DNA of 64,000 nucleotides from Camelus dromedarius (GCF_036321535.1 NC_087436.1:37264001-37328000), one strand, 5' to 3'; counted from the first letter of the stretch, positions 38,091-52,016 are shown. Notes: a model not told the origin generated them from the sequence alone. Translations and numbers: made by a program.

Positions 38091-38968
38091 CTAGAGGAGT
38101 TCCTTTAGTATTTGTTGTAAAGGTGGGTTGGTGGTGTTGAATTCTTTTAGCTTTTGCTTGTCTATAAAGATTTTGATTTATCCATCCAATGTGAAGGAGA
38201 GCCTTGCTGGTAAGGTATTCTTGGTTGTAGGTGTTTCCCTTTTATCACTTTAAAGATACTGTGCCCCTCCCTTCTGGCCTGTAGAGTTTCAGCTGAAAAA
38301 TCAGCTTATGATCTTAAGATTCTCTTGTATGTTATTTGTTGCTTTTTCCTTGTTGCTTTTAATATTCTTTATCTTTAATTTTTGTCATTTTAATTATAGT
38401 GTCTCTTGGTGTGTTCTTTTTAGGGAAACCTGTATGAGACTCTGTGCTTTCTGGACTTGGGTGACTGTTTCCTTTTGCAGTTCAGGGGAGTTTTCAGCTA
38501 TTATCTCTTCAAATATTTTCTCAGGCTCTTTCTCTCTCTTCTCCTCCGGGGACCTCGATAATGTGAATATTAGTGTGCTGGATGTTGTTCCACAGTTCTC
38601 TTAAACTGTCATCATTTCTTTTCACTCTTTTTTCTGATGCAGTTGTGATTTCCACTACTGTCTTTCAGCTCACTGATCCATTCTTCTGCCTTATGTAATC
38701 TACTACTGATTCCTTCTAGTGTATTTTTCCTATCAGTTATTGTATTCTTCATCTCTGTATAGTTGGTCTATATTTTCTAACTCTTTGTTAAAAAAAATCC
38801 TAACTTCTCACTCTGTGCATTCATTCTCCTCCTGAGTTCTTTACTCATCTTTATGATTATTACTCTGAACTCTTTCTCTGGTAAACTGCCTATCTCTGCA
38901 TCAGTTTCTTGTTCTTCTGGGATGTTATCTTGTTTCTTTGTCTGGAACACATATCTCTATCACCTCAT
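38091..38968 (-). pseudogene. Disrupted L1 ORF1
   Basis: Manual translation gives 'EIGSLPEKEFRVIIIKM' near the start and 'KQKLKEFNTTNPPLQQILKELL*' at the end, both ORF1-like. Early stop codon. Confidence 0.75.
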
Positions 38969-40051
38969 TTTGTCTAAATTTCTATTTGCATTTTTATGTA
39001 TATGCTGGGTTAGTTACATTTCTTGACCTTGGAGAGGTAGCTTCTGTAGGAGGCATCCTATGTGTCCCAGCAGTGGACTCCCCTCTCATCACTCAAGGGC
39101 CGTGGGTCAGCTGGTCCCAAGGTAGGTTCTTGCCTGTGTTTGCCAACTCAGTTCTACAGGCTATCGGATTGTCATTCTCTTGCTTCTGGAGTATTCCCCC
39201 TGGAAGGTGAAGCTGGTCTAGAGAATTTTGCAGGCTTCTTGGTGGGAGGGGATAGTGTCTGCCAGCTGGAGAGCTGGGTCTTGGCCCTCTGGTGGGCAGG
39301 GTAGTGCCTAGAGGCATCTCTAGAGGCAGATGGGTGGGATGTGTCCCCACCCAGTTGTTTGGCCTGATGGTTCCCAGCATAGGAACCTACAGGCTGTTTG
39401 GTGGGGCCAGACCTTGGTGCTAATGACCTAAGTCAGCCTATTAGAGAGTTCATGAAGATGAATACTCCCAGATATGTTTGCCACCAAGTCTATGTTCCTG
39501 GAAGGGTGGGGTGTCCAATCATACCCTGCCTCCTAGGATGTCCTCCAAGACCAGCAGGTAGGTCTGACCCTGGCTCCTAAGAAATTTCTGATTTTGCCCT
39601 TGGTCCCAGTGCAGGTAAGATTTTGTGTGTGTGTGTGTGTTTTTTAAGAGTGAAGTCTTTATTTCCCCTAGTCCTGTGGAGCTCCTGCAATTAAGCCATA
39701 CTGGCCTTCAAAGCCAAAAACTCTGGGGACTCCTCCTTGGTGCCAGACCCCTGAGTTGGGGAGACTTACATGGGGCTCAGAACTCTCATTCTTGTAGGAG
39801 AACCTCTGTAATATAATTATTCTTCAGTTTGTGGGTCACCCACCCTAGGGGATGAGATTTGATTATGTCATGAGTCTGCCCCTCCTGCCCATCTTGTTGA
39901 GGTTCCTTCTTTATGCCTTTGGTTGTAGAAGATCTTTCCTCATAGGTGCCAGTCTTTTTCATCAATGGTGGTTCTGTAGTTAGTTGTGATTTTGGTGTGT
40001 TTGTGAGAGGAGGTGAGCTCTGTCTCCTGCTCTGACATCTTGGTCACCAAC

Positions 40052-40142
40052 CCCCATGATTATTAAGATCACTTGGCATAGTTTCAGCTTGCATGCTTAT
40101 TTTTATGGTTCTGCACTACTATCCAAAGAGAAAACTGCTGTG
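40052..40142 (+). mobile_element. Tigger13a-like transposon, right end
   Basis: Ends 'ctgcactactatccaaagagaaaactgctg', a degenerate inverted counterpart of the 32219 terminus. Confidence 0.55.
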
Positions 40143-40144
40143 TT

Positions 40145-40213
40145 GCCCTTCAACAGGACAATCTAAGCACCCACAATTTAGAGGGTCCTGCTCAGCTTGC
40201 CCTGTTGAAGGGC
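40145..40213. repeat. Inverted repeat / hairpin, 69 bp
   Basis: Arms gcccttcaacaggacaatctaagca and tgctcagcttgccctgttgaagggc are complementary at 22/25 positions. Confidence 0.85.
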
Positions 40214-40374
40214 TTTACTGTGTCTCCAAAAGAGGCATACCTGCCTGGTTCTCAGGACAAGTCTGACATCATCTCTTACCACTTCCTCCTTTTCTAACTG
40301 AGCTACAGTTGGACTGACTTGGCTGCTCTGTGAATATGCCAAGTATCTGCTGTTTCAAGGTCTGTATAGAAGGG

Positions 40375-40740
40375 TACCTTAGCAAACGTCTCTAAAATGT
40401 CAATGTCAGTGGCATTTAAACACAATGAGTGTTTATTTCTCCTGAAGTTCATAGTCTAATGTGGTTTGGTGACAGAGTAGGGCAGGGAACACTGGCTTTG
40501 TTCCACACTGTTATTTGCAACAGCAGCTCCTTCCATCCTGTTGCTTTCTTCATACTCCCAACCCTAGGTCCTTAGAGTGTTCTCTATTTAGTTGATGGAC
40601 AGAAAAAGAAAAAAGAGCATGAAAGATTATGAAAGAGGTTATGGAGGACATTCTATAGGTTAGAACTTGATCTCATGGCCCCACCTAACTGAAGGAGAGG
40701 CTGGAAATGTACATTAAATTTGTGTTGGGGGAAATGTCTA
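40375..40740. mobile_element. Old MaLR LTR (MLT1K/L-like)
   Basis: 'catggccccacctaactgaaggagaggctggaaatgt' motif. Confidence 0.55.
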
Positions 40741-41914
40741 TTTCAATCTCTATGATATCCTTAGGACTTACAAAGGATACTTGTTGGACCAGTAAGTGAA
40801 TGAATGAGTGAACTTGGGAACCATGGCACAGCTGAACCTTTAGTTAGAAACTGACTGGGCTCTGATGCTAGGAGTCAAACAAATTGGAGGCCTGTACTGG
40901 GAATATTTTGCCTTGCCTTCAGGTCTGTTCTACCTTAATATGTTTAAATAAGAGGATATTTCCCCTCTTTATATGAGATTATAGATGAGATTGATATTCT
41001 TAATTTAAAGGACCTTCTGTTTTCACAGAATAAAAATTTCACATTACAAAGCATTCTTTACTCTCCTACATCTCTACAGCAAGTGGACCAACTCTATAGC
41101 TGAGAAGTTGACTATGAAGAAAGGCAGAGGATCTTGTATTTCTTCTCCACCCAGACTTTCTACCTATCCTACCTCTTTTTATATTTGTTTGCATCAGATT
41201 AAAAAACCAAAAATAAATGTTTTATTCATGCAGAACCTTTAGAGGGAGGTGTGGTAAAAAGCATCATTGGATACATATTTATGAATCACAATGTTTTACT
41301 CACATATATTATGATATACTAATATGCACATACCATCTCATACATACTGAATTCAGATCTAACAAACCATTCAGAATGATTAGCTCTGTTAATAGTGCAA
41401 ATTTGGTGCAAGTAAACAGACTACTCCCAAGTATTTTTCAAAGCTCCTTAATAAATTCCAAGATGTTTTCACAAGTTTCTCTGCTTACTTATTCCTGAAT
41501 AATCCATTTAAGTAATTGGCTTTCTGCCAGTGCCATGGTGTTTTATGCTGGTAGGGCTATTCCTATTGGGCATTATATATTCCTTCTTCCATTTGATTTA
41601 AAAATTTAGGTTCTCAGCAGTCCGGTAAATCTTTGTTCTTTTTATGTTCTTCCACATCCTCTCCTCTTTAGACCTGCTGTCACTGCCTTGGTTTAGGGCT
41701 TTATTTTCTATCTCCTGCATTTCTGCAATAGCCTTGTATAACTTATTGGTCTCCATGCCTACAGTCTGCTCCATTTCCAATTCATTTTCCATCCAGCTAT
41801 TAGAGTTATTCTTCTAAAGTGCAAATAAAGGTCAAATGGAGTCCAAGAATTAAAAAGTAGGTGGCACAAACAAAATAGAAATGCTAGATAAGAAATCCAG
41901 AAACACAAGAATGT

Positions 41915-42370
41915 CCATTGTATCCTTTGTCTCTAATAACACAACTCCAAGTTTTAGCTGGGCACTTTTTGTCAGAATTAAGATATATCTTATCCTCCTT
42001 TGTAGTTTGGAGTGGATCACTGATTAAGTTTAGGCCAAAAAGTTGTAAATGGAAAAAATCCTATAGTACTTCAGGAAAGGCCACTTTAAAGCAAGTTGAC
42101 TCAGCTGAGAAGTATTTCTTTTGTTCTCTCCTTTCTCCTCCTGTTGCTAATCTGGAAGGTACTCAGCTATCTTGGGCCATAATGACTTTAAGAGTGGAAG
42201 TTAAATGCTAAGGATGGCAGAACAGAAAAATAGGAGCCTGGTTTCCTGATGTCACTGTAAAATCACTATGCCAGCTCTGGGCTTCTTTTATATGATAGAG
42301 AATTAACATTTAAAAAATGTTTTGGGCTTTTTCCCTGCTGTGTGCAGACAAGCATAATATTAACCAACTT
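41915..42370 (+). mobile_element. MLT1J-like solo LTR
   Basis: 'gctaaggatggcagaacagaaaaataggagcctggtttcctgatg' motif. Confidence 0.6.
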
Positions 42371-45105
42371 ATCATGGGATGAATAATATGAGCCCTAGTT
42401 TGAATTTGAGAAGATGCCTGGAAGGCCTGCTAGAGTTGTCATATAAATAGTTGGAAATAAGGGATTGAGAGACACATAAGAAAACAAGAGAGGTTCAGAG
42501 TCATCATTTAATATCTCTTGAGCCTCTACTAGTGTCAGGCACTCTGTTAAGTCCTAAAATAAAAATATGAATAATATTAAGATGACTTATTCCCTACTCA
42601 CAGATAACTTCTGGTTTAGTAGGAGAGAGATAGATATCTAAAGATATTTGGATTGCATTATGATAGATGATCAAATAAGGTACAAGAAAATAAGATTAAT
42701 TTCATTAGGAAGTTAGGAAACTCATATAGGGTCATCAACCACCTCATTATGAAAATTCATTTGGACATTTTAAAGTCTCCATCTCATTTGAGTCTCCCTT
42801 CTTTTTCATTTCTCACATTTAATCCAATCCAAAATTCTATCAATTGGATCCCCAAATTATTCTTAAATCAATCTATTCTTTTCCGTGATACTGTCACCCT
42901 CCTGGCTCAAGCCACCAAAGGTTCCCTGGTTTGGTACTGGTGCTTGCAGCGCTACTCTGTTTCTTAAAGCTGCAAATTTGTGGGCAAATACATACCTACC
43001 TGATGCTCCCTCCCCTCCCCTGCTTCCTTATTTGTAGAGTGACAGTATCTCTGCCAGGGCAAGACAGTTCAATCACTGGTAACTGGAAGGGAATGCCTCT
43101 CTCCACCCCACCCTGCAGTGTGCCATGAACATTCTATGTTCAAGAATCTGACCCAATTATAAATGGAGATTAACATTTTGTCACCTTAGTAGCAGTTAAT
43201 TTTAGAGAAGAAACTGTATTTGGGAAAATATCTTGATAAGCTGCTTGTAGATAGAAGTGAGACCTAAAAGCACAGATGTGTGTGCCAAGGAAAGAAAAGA
43301 AGATGGATAACTGCTCTGCCTGAAGCAAGGAGAGGAATTTGCTTTCATACTGAGGAAGACAGGGGAGGAGAGAAGAGAGCGGAGAAGGTAAGTGAGGTGA
43401 GAGGAGTGGGGGGATGGCAGAGAACCAGGCTGGCTTGGTGTGAGACATTTGGAAGTTCTTTAAAAGGAGTCTCAGACAAGTAAAGGTATGTGAGATGGGT
43501 TAAAAACTCAATCCATAGATCCCTGTAAAAATTAGAGGAACTAAGAGGTTCCACAGTCAGAGGGAGCATCCTCAATTTCTGCGTATGTCCCCTCTCATCC
43601 CTGTTGTCAAGAATACTGTGAGACACCAGCCTGGCCAGGAATTAGGGGTGGGGATGGGAGTTCTACGATCACCCCAGATGTCCCTGCCTGCCCATAGGTG
43701 CCTTCCCTAGAAAAATAACTAGGAAGTTCCAGCAACAGGCCAGGGATTTAAGATTAGTCTGAGAAGACTTACTTTTACCATCGTCACCATTTTCACGTCA
43801 AAGGGACTCTCAAGCCAGAGAAGGTAGCCAGATCCCTAGGGGCAAAGGGTAAGGTGGACAGGAAGGGAACGGCTAAACACTATCATGATTTTGAATGCTG
43901 CACTGATAAATGGCTTCTTCTTGGGAATGTTGGTATTAGTAAAACTTAGTTTTGTCAGCTATGCACAGATCGGAAGGAAATGAGAAATATTGGTGTGTTG
44001 AGAGCTGTAATTTTCTATCAGGGCATTGAAGAGACCTTTCTATTACAGGGTGACTTTTGCTAATTTTAAGCATAAAAGATTTATGAGCATTCAGTCTATG
44101 ATTTCTGAAAAGAAATTTCTTTTATTGCCACAGAACTGAAATTATTAAAAGCTTTCATTCACCATATTCTTTGAAGTGGTGAAAATGTCAGTGTTGATTT
44201 TAGAGGTAAAGAAAGAGATTTCAGCTATAAGTAAATATAGCGTGCTTTGTCTTCAGTCTTTTGCATGTAACTTTGTAAAGTGGTCTATGAGGGGAAATCT
44301 GGTTATTTTGGTAAAAACAGAACACTCAGACTAAAATGCTTCTGTGATCACTTCATCTCCCTCACTGAAGTAACGCCTTGCCGCAGGAGGTGATTTTGCT
44401 TCCCTGGCAAAGCTAGTTAAAGAATCCAAGACTCTTTGGATTAATGCAACAGCACTTCAACCGGTTGGTTAGAACAATCAAGAACATTCTGTCCCCACTG
44501 CAGTGTTTCAGTGTGTATCTTAGTTTCCAGGTCAAGGCCATATGCAGTATGGAGGTTGCTCTCAATACTCTGAAGCCATGAGTACACTTGCTTTAATTGC
44601 TCTAAATATCAGTGGGATGTCTGTTTGTTAATAGCTTATTAAGCCATAAACTGGCCTCTGGATATCCTTACGGTTCAGCTACTGGTAAGTCATCTACATT
44701 GATGTTGGGTACAGGATGATTGCCCCCTCACAGGACAGATGACTGCTGCTACATTTCGCCCTGGGCCACCCTATGAATCTGACTTAAGACTGGAGTGAAG
44801 AAGGTGTGTGTCCTTTGATCCTGAAAGGTGGCCCAGGGCAAAAGTCATAGCAGCAGCTCTGGGGAAACTAAGCCGTGTGGCAGGCCTGCACTGGCCCAGG
44901 TCCACAGAAGAATATCAGCAGCTGGTCAGAGAGAGCACTGGAGAAATTAGAGCACTCACTGCCTGTTTGACTCTTGGGATGCCCATCTGTAACTTGAATG
45001 ATGGTCATGGGTGTAGAGTGACTAAAAAAGTGCTAGAAATTATGGATTTGTTCATGACAGAAAAAATAGTGTGATGAATTGGTGTTTTCCAGAATGGCTT
45101 TTTAG

Positions 45106-45226
45106 CAGTGGTTCTCTAACCTGAACAATACTCAAAATTATGAGATGCTTAAATACAAAAATTTAGGTTCAGTGCTTCTTGGCTGGAGACTGGGAATCCT
45201 TGAGCAACCCACTTGGGGAACCACTG
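45106..45226. mobile_element. MER5A-like MITE
   Basis: Terminal inverted repeats cagtggttctc / gggaaccactg, 10/11 complementary. Confidence 0.65.
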
Positions 45227-46721
45227 TTTTATGAGGATGGACACAGTCTAGTGTAAATAAAAAGACTCGGGGAAGAAGGAGCGGGTTTTTGGACATGGCA
45301 ACGGTAGGTCTCTCCCAGAGACAGCATACACAGTCTTTGTTTCATTATGCATTTTAAAAAATATTGAGATGTTTACACAATCCTAGAGCAGACAGAACCC
45401 TCCTTATGTTTCACAGTTTTTGTAGCTAATTTTATGTATCTTTGACAGTTCCAGATGGCTCCAACACTTCAAATTTCCCTTTAGGACCTACAATTCTTTG
45501 GAACATTGTGTGTGGGAGGCAAATCTCTTTTCCTCCTGAGATTGTTTCATCACCAAGCTGGGTGGGAGATGGCTGAGGGGATAAAAAAGACTAAAGTGTA
45601 CAGCTGAGATCCAGGCAAGATAAATGAATGGTGAGAGACTGGGGAGAGAAGTTAAAGAAGGCAGGCTGGGGGGGCAGGTGGAGGAAGAGCAAATAAATGG
45701 ATATGATTTGGAAGGGAGAGGAGAACAGACAGGAAAAAAGTAGGTTTTCTCTCTCCACTGTTGTTACCACACAATATCCACTACTCATCAACACAGCTAC
45801 CATAAGGAAACTTGTGAGCACACAAACTGAATGTCATGCTCCAGGGGCTAGAGGGAACATTTTTGTGTCCTGGTGGGAATCTAATGGAAAAGTTATCGAA
45901 ATGGCAGTGGTGGCTGCCGTGCGATCAGTCTCTGGCAATCCTCACAAGATGCCATTTCTTACTTACTGCCTCTGTGGCTCGTGTATAACAGGGCCAGTCA
46001 TCTTGGCTGAAGGTGGTCCTTTGGGGGGCTTCTGACCCCTAGCCTGGCATGTGTTATGTCCCCATTTTACCCTCCCGTGGCTGTATTTCTAATCGCAGGG
46101 TTCATCACAGCTTACTGTAATGTTTTTTGAATGGTGAGGTCTTATTTTAAGGTTTAACCCATTTTCTCCATTACTCTTTTGATTTTCTATGTTCAGTGCT
46201 AGCTGGCTCTGTGTTCAGAGTTGGAGGAGGGCTATGCCAGGGAAGAAAGCTGGAGTCAAACATAATCTTCCACAACTGCTCTTCCCCGAAGCCTAAACCC
46301 CACTGTGGGAGAGGAATCTCAGACACAGACACAATCTCCTGGCCAAGAACCCAAAAGGAAGACTTTGCCCGAGTTTAGAGAATACTCCTTGCTGGGAGGT
46401 GGAAGACAAGGGCAAGAGTGGGTCTGGAGTGGGGAGACCGTGTGCCCTGCTCCCCGGCAGAGCCGGGGGTGGGGGACCTGAGAGGGTTGGCACACTGAGT
46501 CCAGGTGCTGATGGTATGAAAGGAGCTTGGAGGGAAAACTCAGAGCTGGCCCCACCCTTCTCAGACAGCAGAGCAACTCTTTGCAGGTGGTGTGCAGGCT
46601 CCTCTCTCTTCAGCCAGGCCCATGGAGGCTTTAAAGGCTCACGGGCAGGAACAGGCTAACTAATAGGTCAGACTGAGGTCAACTGTGCTGCCTCCGGGAA
46701 AGAATGACCACTCTCCTTGGC

Positions 46722-47856
46722 TGGAGTGCTGTGCGAGGGCTACTGTAACAGAGAACCACAAGCTGGGTGGCTTAAGCAACAGAACCTTATTGTCTCACGG
46801 TTCTGAGGCTAAAGGTCTGAAATCAAGGTATTGCCAAGGTTGGTTCCTTCTGAGGGTGGTGAGGAACCCTGTTCTGTGCCTCTCTCTCACCTTCTGGTGG
46901 TTTGTTGACAATCTTTGTTACTCCTTGTCTTGTAGATATATCTCCCAGGTATCTTCACATGACATTCTCCCTGTGCACATGTCTCTGTGTCTAAATGTTC
47001 CATAAGACACCAGGGTGTGGAGAAAAGGGAACCCTCCTACACTGCTGGTGGGAATGTAGTTTGGTGCAGCCATTATGGAAAACAGTTTGAAAATTCCTTA
47101 AAAAACTAAAAATAGGCTTACCATATGATACAGCAATCCCCTCCTGGGCATCTTATCTGGAGGGAACTCTAATTCGAAAAGACACAAGCACCCCAATGTT
47201 CATAGAAGCACTGTTTACAATAGCCAAGACATGGAAACAACCTAAATGTCCATCGACAGATGACTGGATAAAGAAATGGTATATTTATAGAATGGAATAC
47301 TATTCAGCCATAAAAATGATAAAATAATGCCATTTGCAGCAACATGGATGGACCTGTAGATCATCATTCTAAGTGAAGTAAGCCAGAAGGAGAAAGAAAA
47401 ATACCACATAATACCACTTATATGTGGAATCTAAAAAAAGACAAATTAACTTATTTATAAAACAGAAACAGACTTACAGATGTAGAAAACAAACTTATGG
47501 TTGGAAGGGGAGGGAAGGAGGTAGGATGGGATAAATTGGAAGTTAGAGATTTGCAGATACCAACTACTATATATATAAAATAGATAACCAACAAGGTTCT
47601 ATTGTATAGCACAGAGAACTGTATTATGTACATATATGTGTATATATGTGTGTGTGTGTATATATACACACACACACATATAAGCTGAATCATTATGATA
47701 TACACCAGAAACATAACTTTGTAAATCGACTATACTTCAATTTAAAAAAAATATATAAAAAAATATAAAGACACTGGTCAAATTGGATTAGGGGCACTTT
47801 TATGACCTCATGCTAACTTGATTACTTCTGTGAAGACCTCGTCTCCAAACATAGTC
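46722..47856. mobile_element. MLT1C/D-like solo LTR split by an L1 insertion
   Basis: 'accacaagctgggtggcttaagcaacaga...ttctgaggct' start. Resumes as 'gtcaaattggattagggg...atgacctca' after 47775. Confidence 0.8.
47014..47767 (+). mobile_element. 5'-truncated LINE-1 3' end inside the MLT1 LTR
   Basis: A-rich tail at 47744-47769. TSD aagacaccag (47004-47013) / aagacactgg (47768-47777); the differences fit CpG decay. Confidence 0.9.
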
Positions 47857-50020
47857 CAAATGATTCTTCAAATTATTCTCCTCATGACTGTAGATGAACT
47901 TGCTAGTGAGGAAACCAACTGAAGTTCTCTTTGCGGTTGAAAAACCATTTCACTTTCAGCTAAGGAAACAGGTCATCAGTGAAAAAAAGGAGAAACTGCA
48001 TGGCATCTAAACGCCTAACAGGATAATGTTTTCAAGGTTCAGGGAGGGTCTGAGGTAAAGGATGAGAGCAGAACTTCTTTCTCTGGTGAGTTGAGTGAGG
48101 GTCTCCCCAGATAGAGGATTGGCCAAAGGACTTGAAAAAATGGGCTGTGTGGAAGGGAAAGGAAATTAAAGGGAGGAGGGGAAGAGACGGGGGTTGGAAA
48201 AGGAGAGAACAGCCACCTGGGATCCCCTCTCTGAGTCTTTGCCTGCCGTAAAGGAAATACTAAGTTAGGTAAAACTGTAACCCTCCTTTCACCCTAGCCC
48301 TGTGTGATTTTGCTTCTCTGAGGGGCAGGGTCCTCTGGTAAAGTATCTTGTGTGCCTCCCGCATAGTCCCATGTGTCCTGCTCTGGCGGAGACTAAAAGC
48401 AGGCGGTCTGCAGGGGCTTCTCTGGCAATCTTGCAGGGACTCCATAGGATGCAGCCTCCCTCCCTCCCTGCTCCTCGTTGGAGTCACCAGGGCTGACATA
48501 GTGGAGAGAGCCACAGACCACCAGTGCAAAGCAGAGACAGTAAGTCTGAGCCCCTTCAGGAGATCACAGGCCACCTTTCAAGACAGAAAAGGTGTCCTTC
48601 CCTGTGTGATAAGTCTTAAAAAACTCTCCACAGGTGCATGTTCAAACATTCTGGCCATTCCACTGAGGAATGAAGAATAACCTTTCCCCAAAGTGAGGCA
48701 ACTTCTGAACCTTGATTTTTTTTTTACTTCAAATGAAGTCTAAACCTTTTGAAGTTTGTCATTCTTTCTCTAGGGAAAGGAAATGAGGTGAGGAAGTTCT
48801 TAAAACATTTATGATTAAAAAAGTTCTAGGTATCAAAAAGTTTTCATGAAACATATTTTGATGACTTAAATGTAAGTGAATTAACTGCAAGCTTTTAGTT
48901 TGAAGATTTTTCAATTTCAAAAAATAAATAGAAAAGAAAATTTGGAGTGTGGGAGAGAAGATAACACAGGTTAGAGGAGATAGAAAATGATTTAGATGTA
49001 CTTTATATTTGTATATCTGGGATTTTTCCACATGTTGTCAGTATATTTTCCAGGACTCCCTATTTGCTTTATTCTTTATTTCTTCAATTTAAAATAAAAA
49101 CTGCACTTTGTCTATGTAATATATATATGTATGTGTTTATATGCATTTTTAAGCTGGAACTCATCACCAACTTTAAAAATAGTCATTTACTTTCTGCATT
49201 CAGCTTCTGTGTGACTATTACAGAGCACCTGTATTTTCAAGATTTAACCTTACAATGTGCAAAACACATAAAAACACAATACAATATAAAACATAAAGCC
49301 TGAAAAGGAAATTTTAAACATGTTTCATCCTCTTCTCTGGCCTGTAGGTCACAGATTACTCAGCAGAGGAGATTTTCTCATGAGCAGGGCCACGTTTACT
49401 CATTTCTGCCTCCCTGGCCTCTAGCACAGTGTTCAGGATGAGCAGCCCCCCAAAAGGTACTTGAATGTACCATAGCCCTTGGTAGCTTTGCCCAAGCTGA
49501 GTCTCAGAGATAGCTTGTGTTTAGTATTTCTTTTCCCTGAGGAGAGCTTGATTTGGGACACCACACTCCATTCCTATTGGCTTCAGAATTTCGAATGAGG
49601 AATGAAAAATGTCTCCTTTCTTTTTTCTTTGGAAATATTTTTTCCTTTTGTACAGAACAGGAGAAATGGGCACATTAAGAGTAGTAGGTGCAGCCTCCAG
49701 GCAAGGTGCCATGGTAATAAGTGAATAAAGGGAAGGGACCCAGGAAACAAGAGTGCTCTCAATAAGAACGGTTGAAGAGGGGACTTTTGTAACTTTGCAA
49801 AGTTAATTACTATTTATCAAACTCCTTGTAGTGGCAGACAAATCAGTTTAAGAAATGTGAACTGATTTTTATTAATTAAATACATCATATCATATATTCT
49901 TTTCTACTCTATCTTATAATACAATCTCTTCTGTATTTAAAAAAATTAGCAAGATTCATGGAGAAGCCATTTTATATCTGTTTTTAAAAGGTTTATGATG
50001 TTCTATTAAAGTACTGTTTT

Positions 50021-52016
50021 TTGTGTATATTTTTTATTGTATAGTCAGTTTACAATGTTTTGTCAGTTTCTGGTGTACAGCACATTGCTTCAGTCATACA
50101 TGAACATACATATATTTGTTATCATATTCTTTTTCACCATAAGTTACTATAAGATAATGAATATAGTTCCCTGTGCTATGCAGTATAAACTTGTTTGTTT
50201 ATTTTATATATAGTAGCTAGTATCTGCAAATCTCAAACTACCAATTTATCTCTTCCCACCTCCTTCCCTCCTCCTTCAACCATAAGATTGTTTTCTATGT
50301 CTGAGTGTGTTTCTGTTTTGTAAATATGTTCATTTATATATATTTTTAGATTCCACATATATGTGATATCATATGGTATTTTTCCTTCTCTTTCTGGCTT
50401 ACTTCACTTAGAATGACATTCTGTAGGCCCATTCATATTGCTGCAAATGGCATTATTTTATTATTCTTTATGGCTGAGTAGTATTCCATTGTATAAATAT
50501 ATACCACATCTTCTATATCCAGTCATCTGTCGATGGACATTTAGGTTGTTTTAATGTCTTGGCTATTGTAAACAGCGCTGCTATGAACATTGAGGTAAAT
50601 GTAATCTTTTTGAATTAAGGGTCCCTCTGGAGATATGCCCAGGAGTGGGATTGCTGGATCATATGGTAAGTCTGTTTTTAGTCTTTTGAGGAATCTCCAT
50701 ACTGTTTTCCACAGTGGCTGCACCAGACTGCATTCCTGCCAGCAGTGTAGGAGGGCTCTCTTTTCTCCACACCCTCTCCAGCATTAATGGTTTGTGGACT
50801 TTTGAATGATGGCCATTCTGACTGGTGTGAGGTGATACCTCATTGTAGTTTTGATTTGCATTTCTCTGACAGTTAGTGATATTGAGCGTTTTTTCATGTG
50901 CCTATTTGTCATTTGTATGTCTTTGGAGAATTGCTTATTTAGGTCTTCTGCCCATTTTTTGATTGAGTTGTTTGTTTTTTTCTTATTAAGTCTTATGTGC
51001 TGTTTATATATTCTGGAAGTTAAGCCCTTGTCAGTCTCATCTTTTGCAAATATTTTCCCCCATTCCATAGGTTACCTCTTTGTTTTGCTCATGGTTTCCT
51101 GTGCTGTGCAAAAGCTGGTAAGTTTAATTAGGTCCCATTTGTTTATTTTTGCTTTTATTTCTATTGCCTGTGGTAGGCTGCCCTAGGAGAACATTGCTGA
51201 GATTTATGTCAGATAATGTTTTGCCTGTTTTCTTCTAAGAGGTTTATAGTATTTTGTCTTATGTTTAAGTCTTTAAGTCATTTTGAGTTTATTTTTGTGT
51301 ATGGTGTGAGGGAGTATTCTAACTTCACTGATTTACATGCAGCTGTCCAGTTTTCCCACACCAATTTGCTGAAGAGATGGTCTTTACTCCATTGTATGTT
51401 CTTGCCTCCTTTGTCAAAGATTAATTGACCAAAAGTCTGTGGGTCTATTTCTGGGCTCTCTATTCTGTTCTATTGATCCATATGTCTGTTTTTGTGCCAA
51501 TACTATGCTGTTTTGATTACTGTAGTTCCATCATATTGTCTGAAGTCTGGGAGGGTTATTTATCCAGCTTTGTTCTTTTTCTTCAGTATTGCTCTAGCAA
51601 TTCTGGGTCTTTTGTGATTCCATATAAATTTTAGGATTATTTGTCCCAATTCTGTGAAAAATGTCCTGGGTAATTTGATAGGGATCACATTAAATCTGTA
51701 GATTGCTTTGGGTAGAATGGCCATTTTAATTATATTAATTCTTACAGTCCAAGAACATGGGATATCTTTCCATTTCTTTAAGTCATCTTTAATTTCCTTA
51801 GGCAGTGTTTTGTAGTTCTCCACATATGTCTTTCACTTCCTTGGTTGGATTTATTCCTAAGTATTTTATGTTTTTGGATGCAATTTTAAAAGAGATTGTT
51901 TCTTTGCTTTTCCTTTTCTGATATTTCATTGTTAGTGTAAAGAAATGCCACTGATTTCTGTATGTTAATCTTGTAGCCTGCTACCTTGCTGAATTCCTTT
52001 ATCAGCTCTAGTAGTT
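50021..52016 (-). mobile_element. Young 5'-truncated LINE-1, about 2 kb
   Basis: Exact 15-bp TSD ttaaagtactgtttt at 50006-50020 and 52017-52031. ORF2 peptides ([17 protein letters not shown]). Confidence 0.95.

Larger units (their letters stand above)
33334..40051 (-). mobile_element. Near full-length, inactivated LINE-1 (5' UTR, ORF1, ORF2, 3' UTR, tail)
   Basis: TSD ccccatgatt at 33324-33333 and 40052-40061. Poly(T) at 33332-33349. Endonuclease, RT and C-terminal peptides lie in the expected order. GC-richer 5' UTR at about 39000-40050. Confidence 0.95.

Noticed and set aside
46196..46659. Cluster of overlapping ORFs in a GC-richer patch
   Set aside because: Stop-codon scarcity follows from the GC content. 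No coherent splice sites or known protein similarity.
47630..47682. (TG)n-TATATA-(CA)n palindrome
   Set aside because: Expansion of the TA/TG-rich tract normally present in this L1 3' UTR; a low-complexity artefact.
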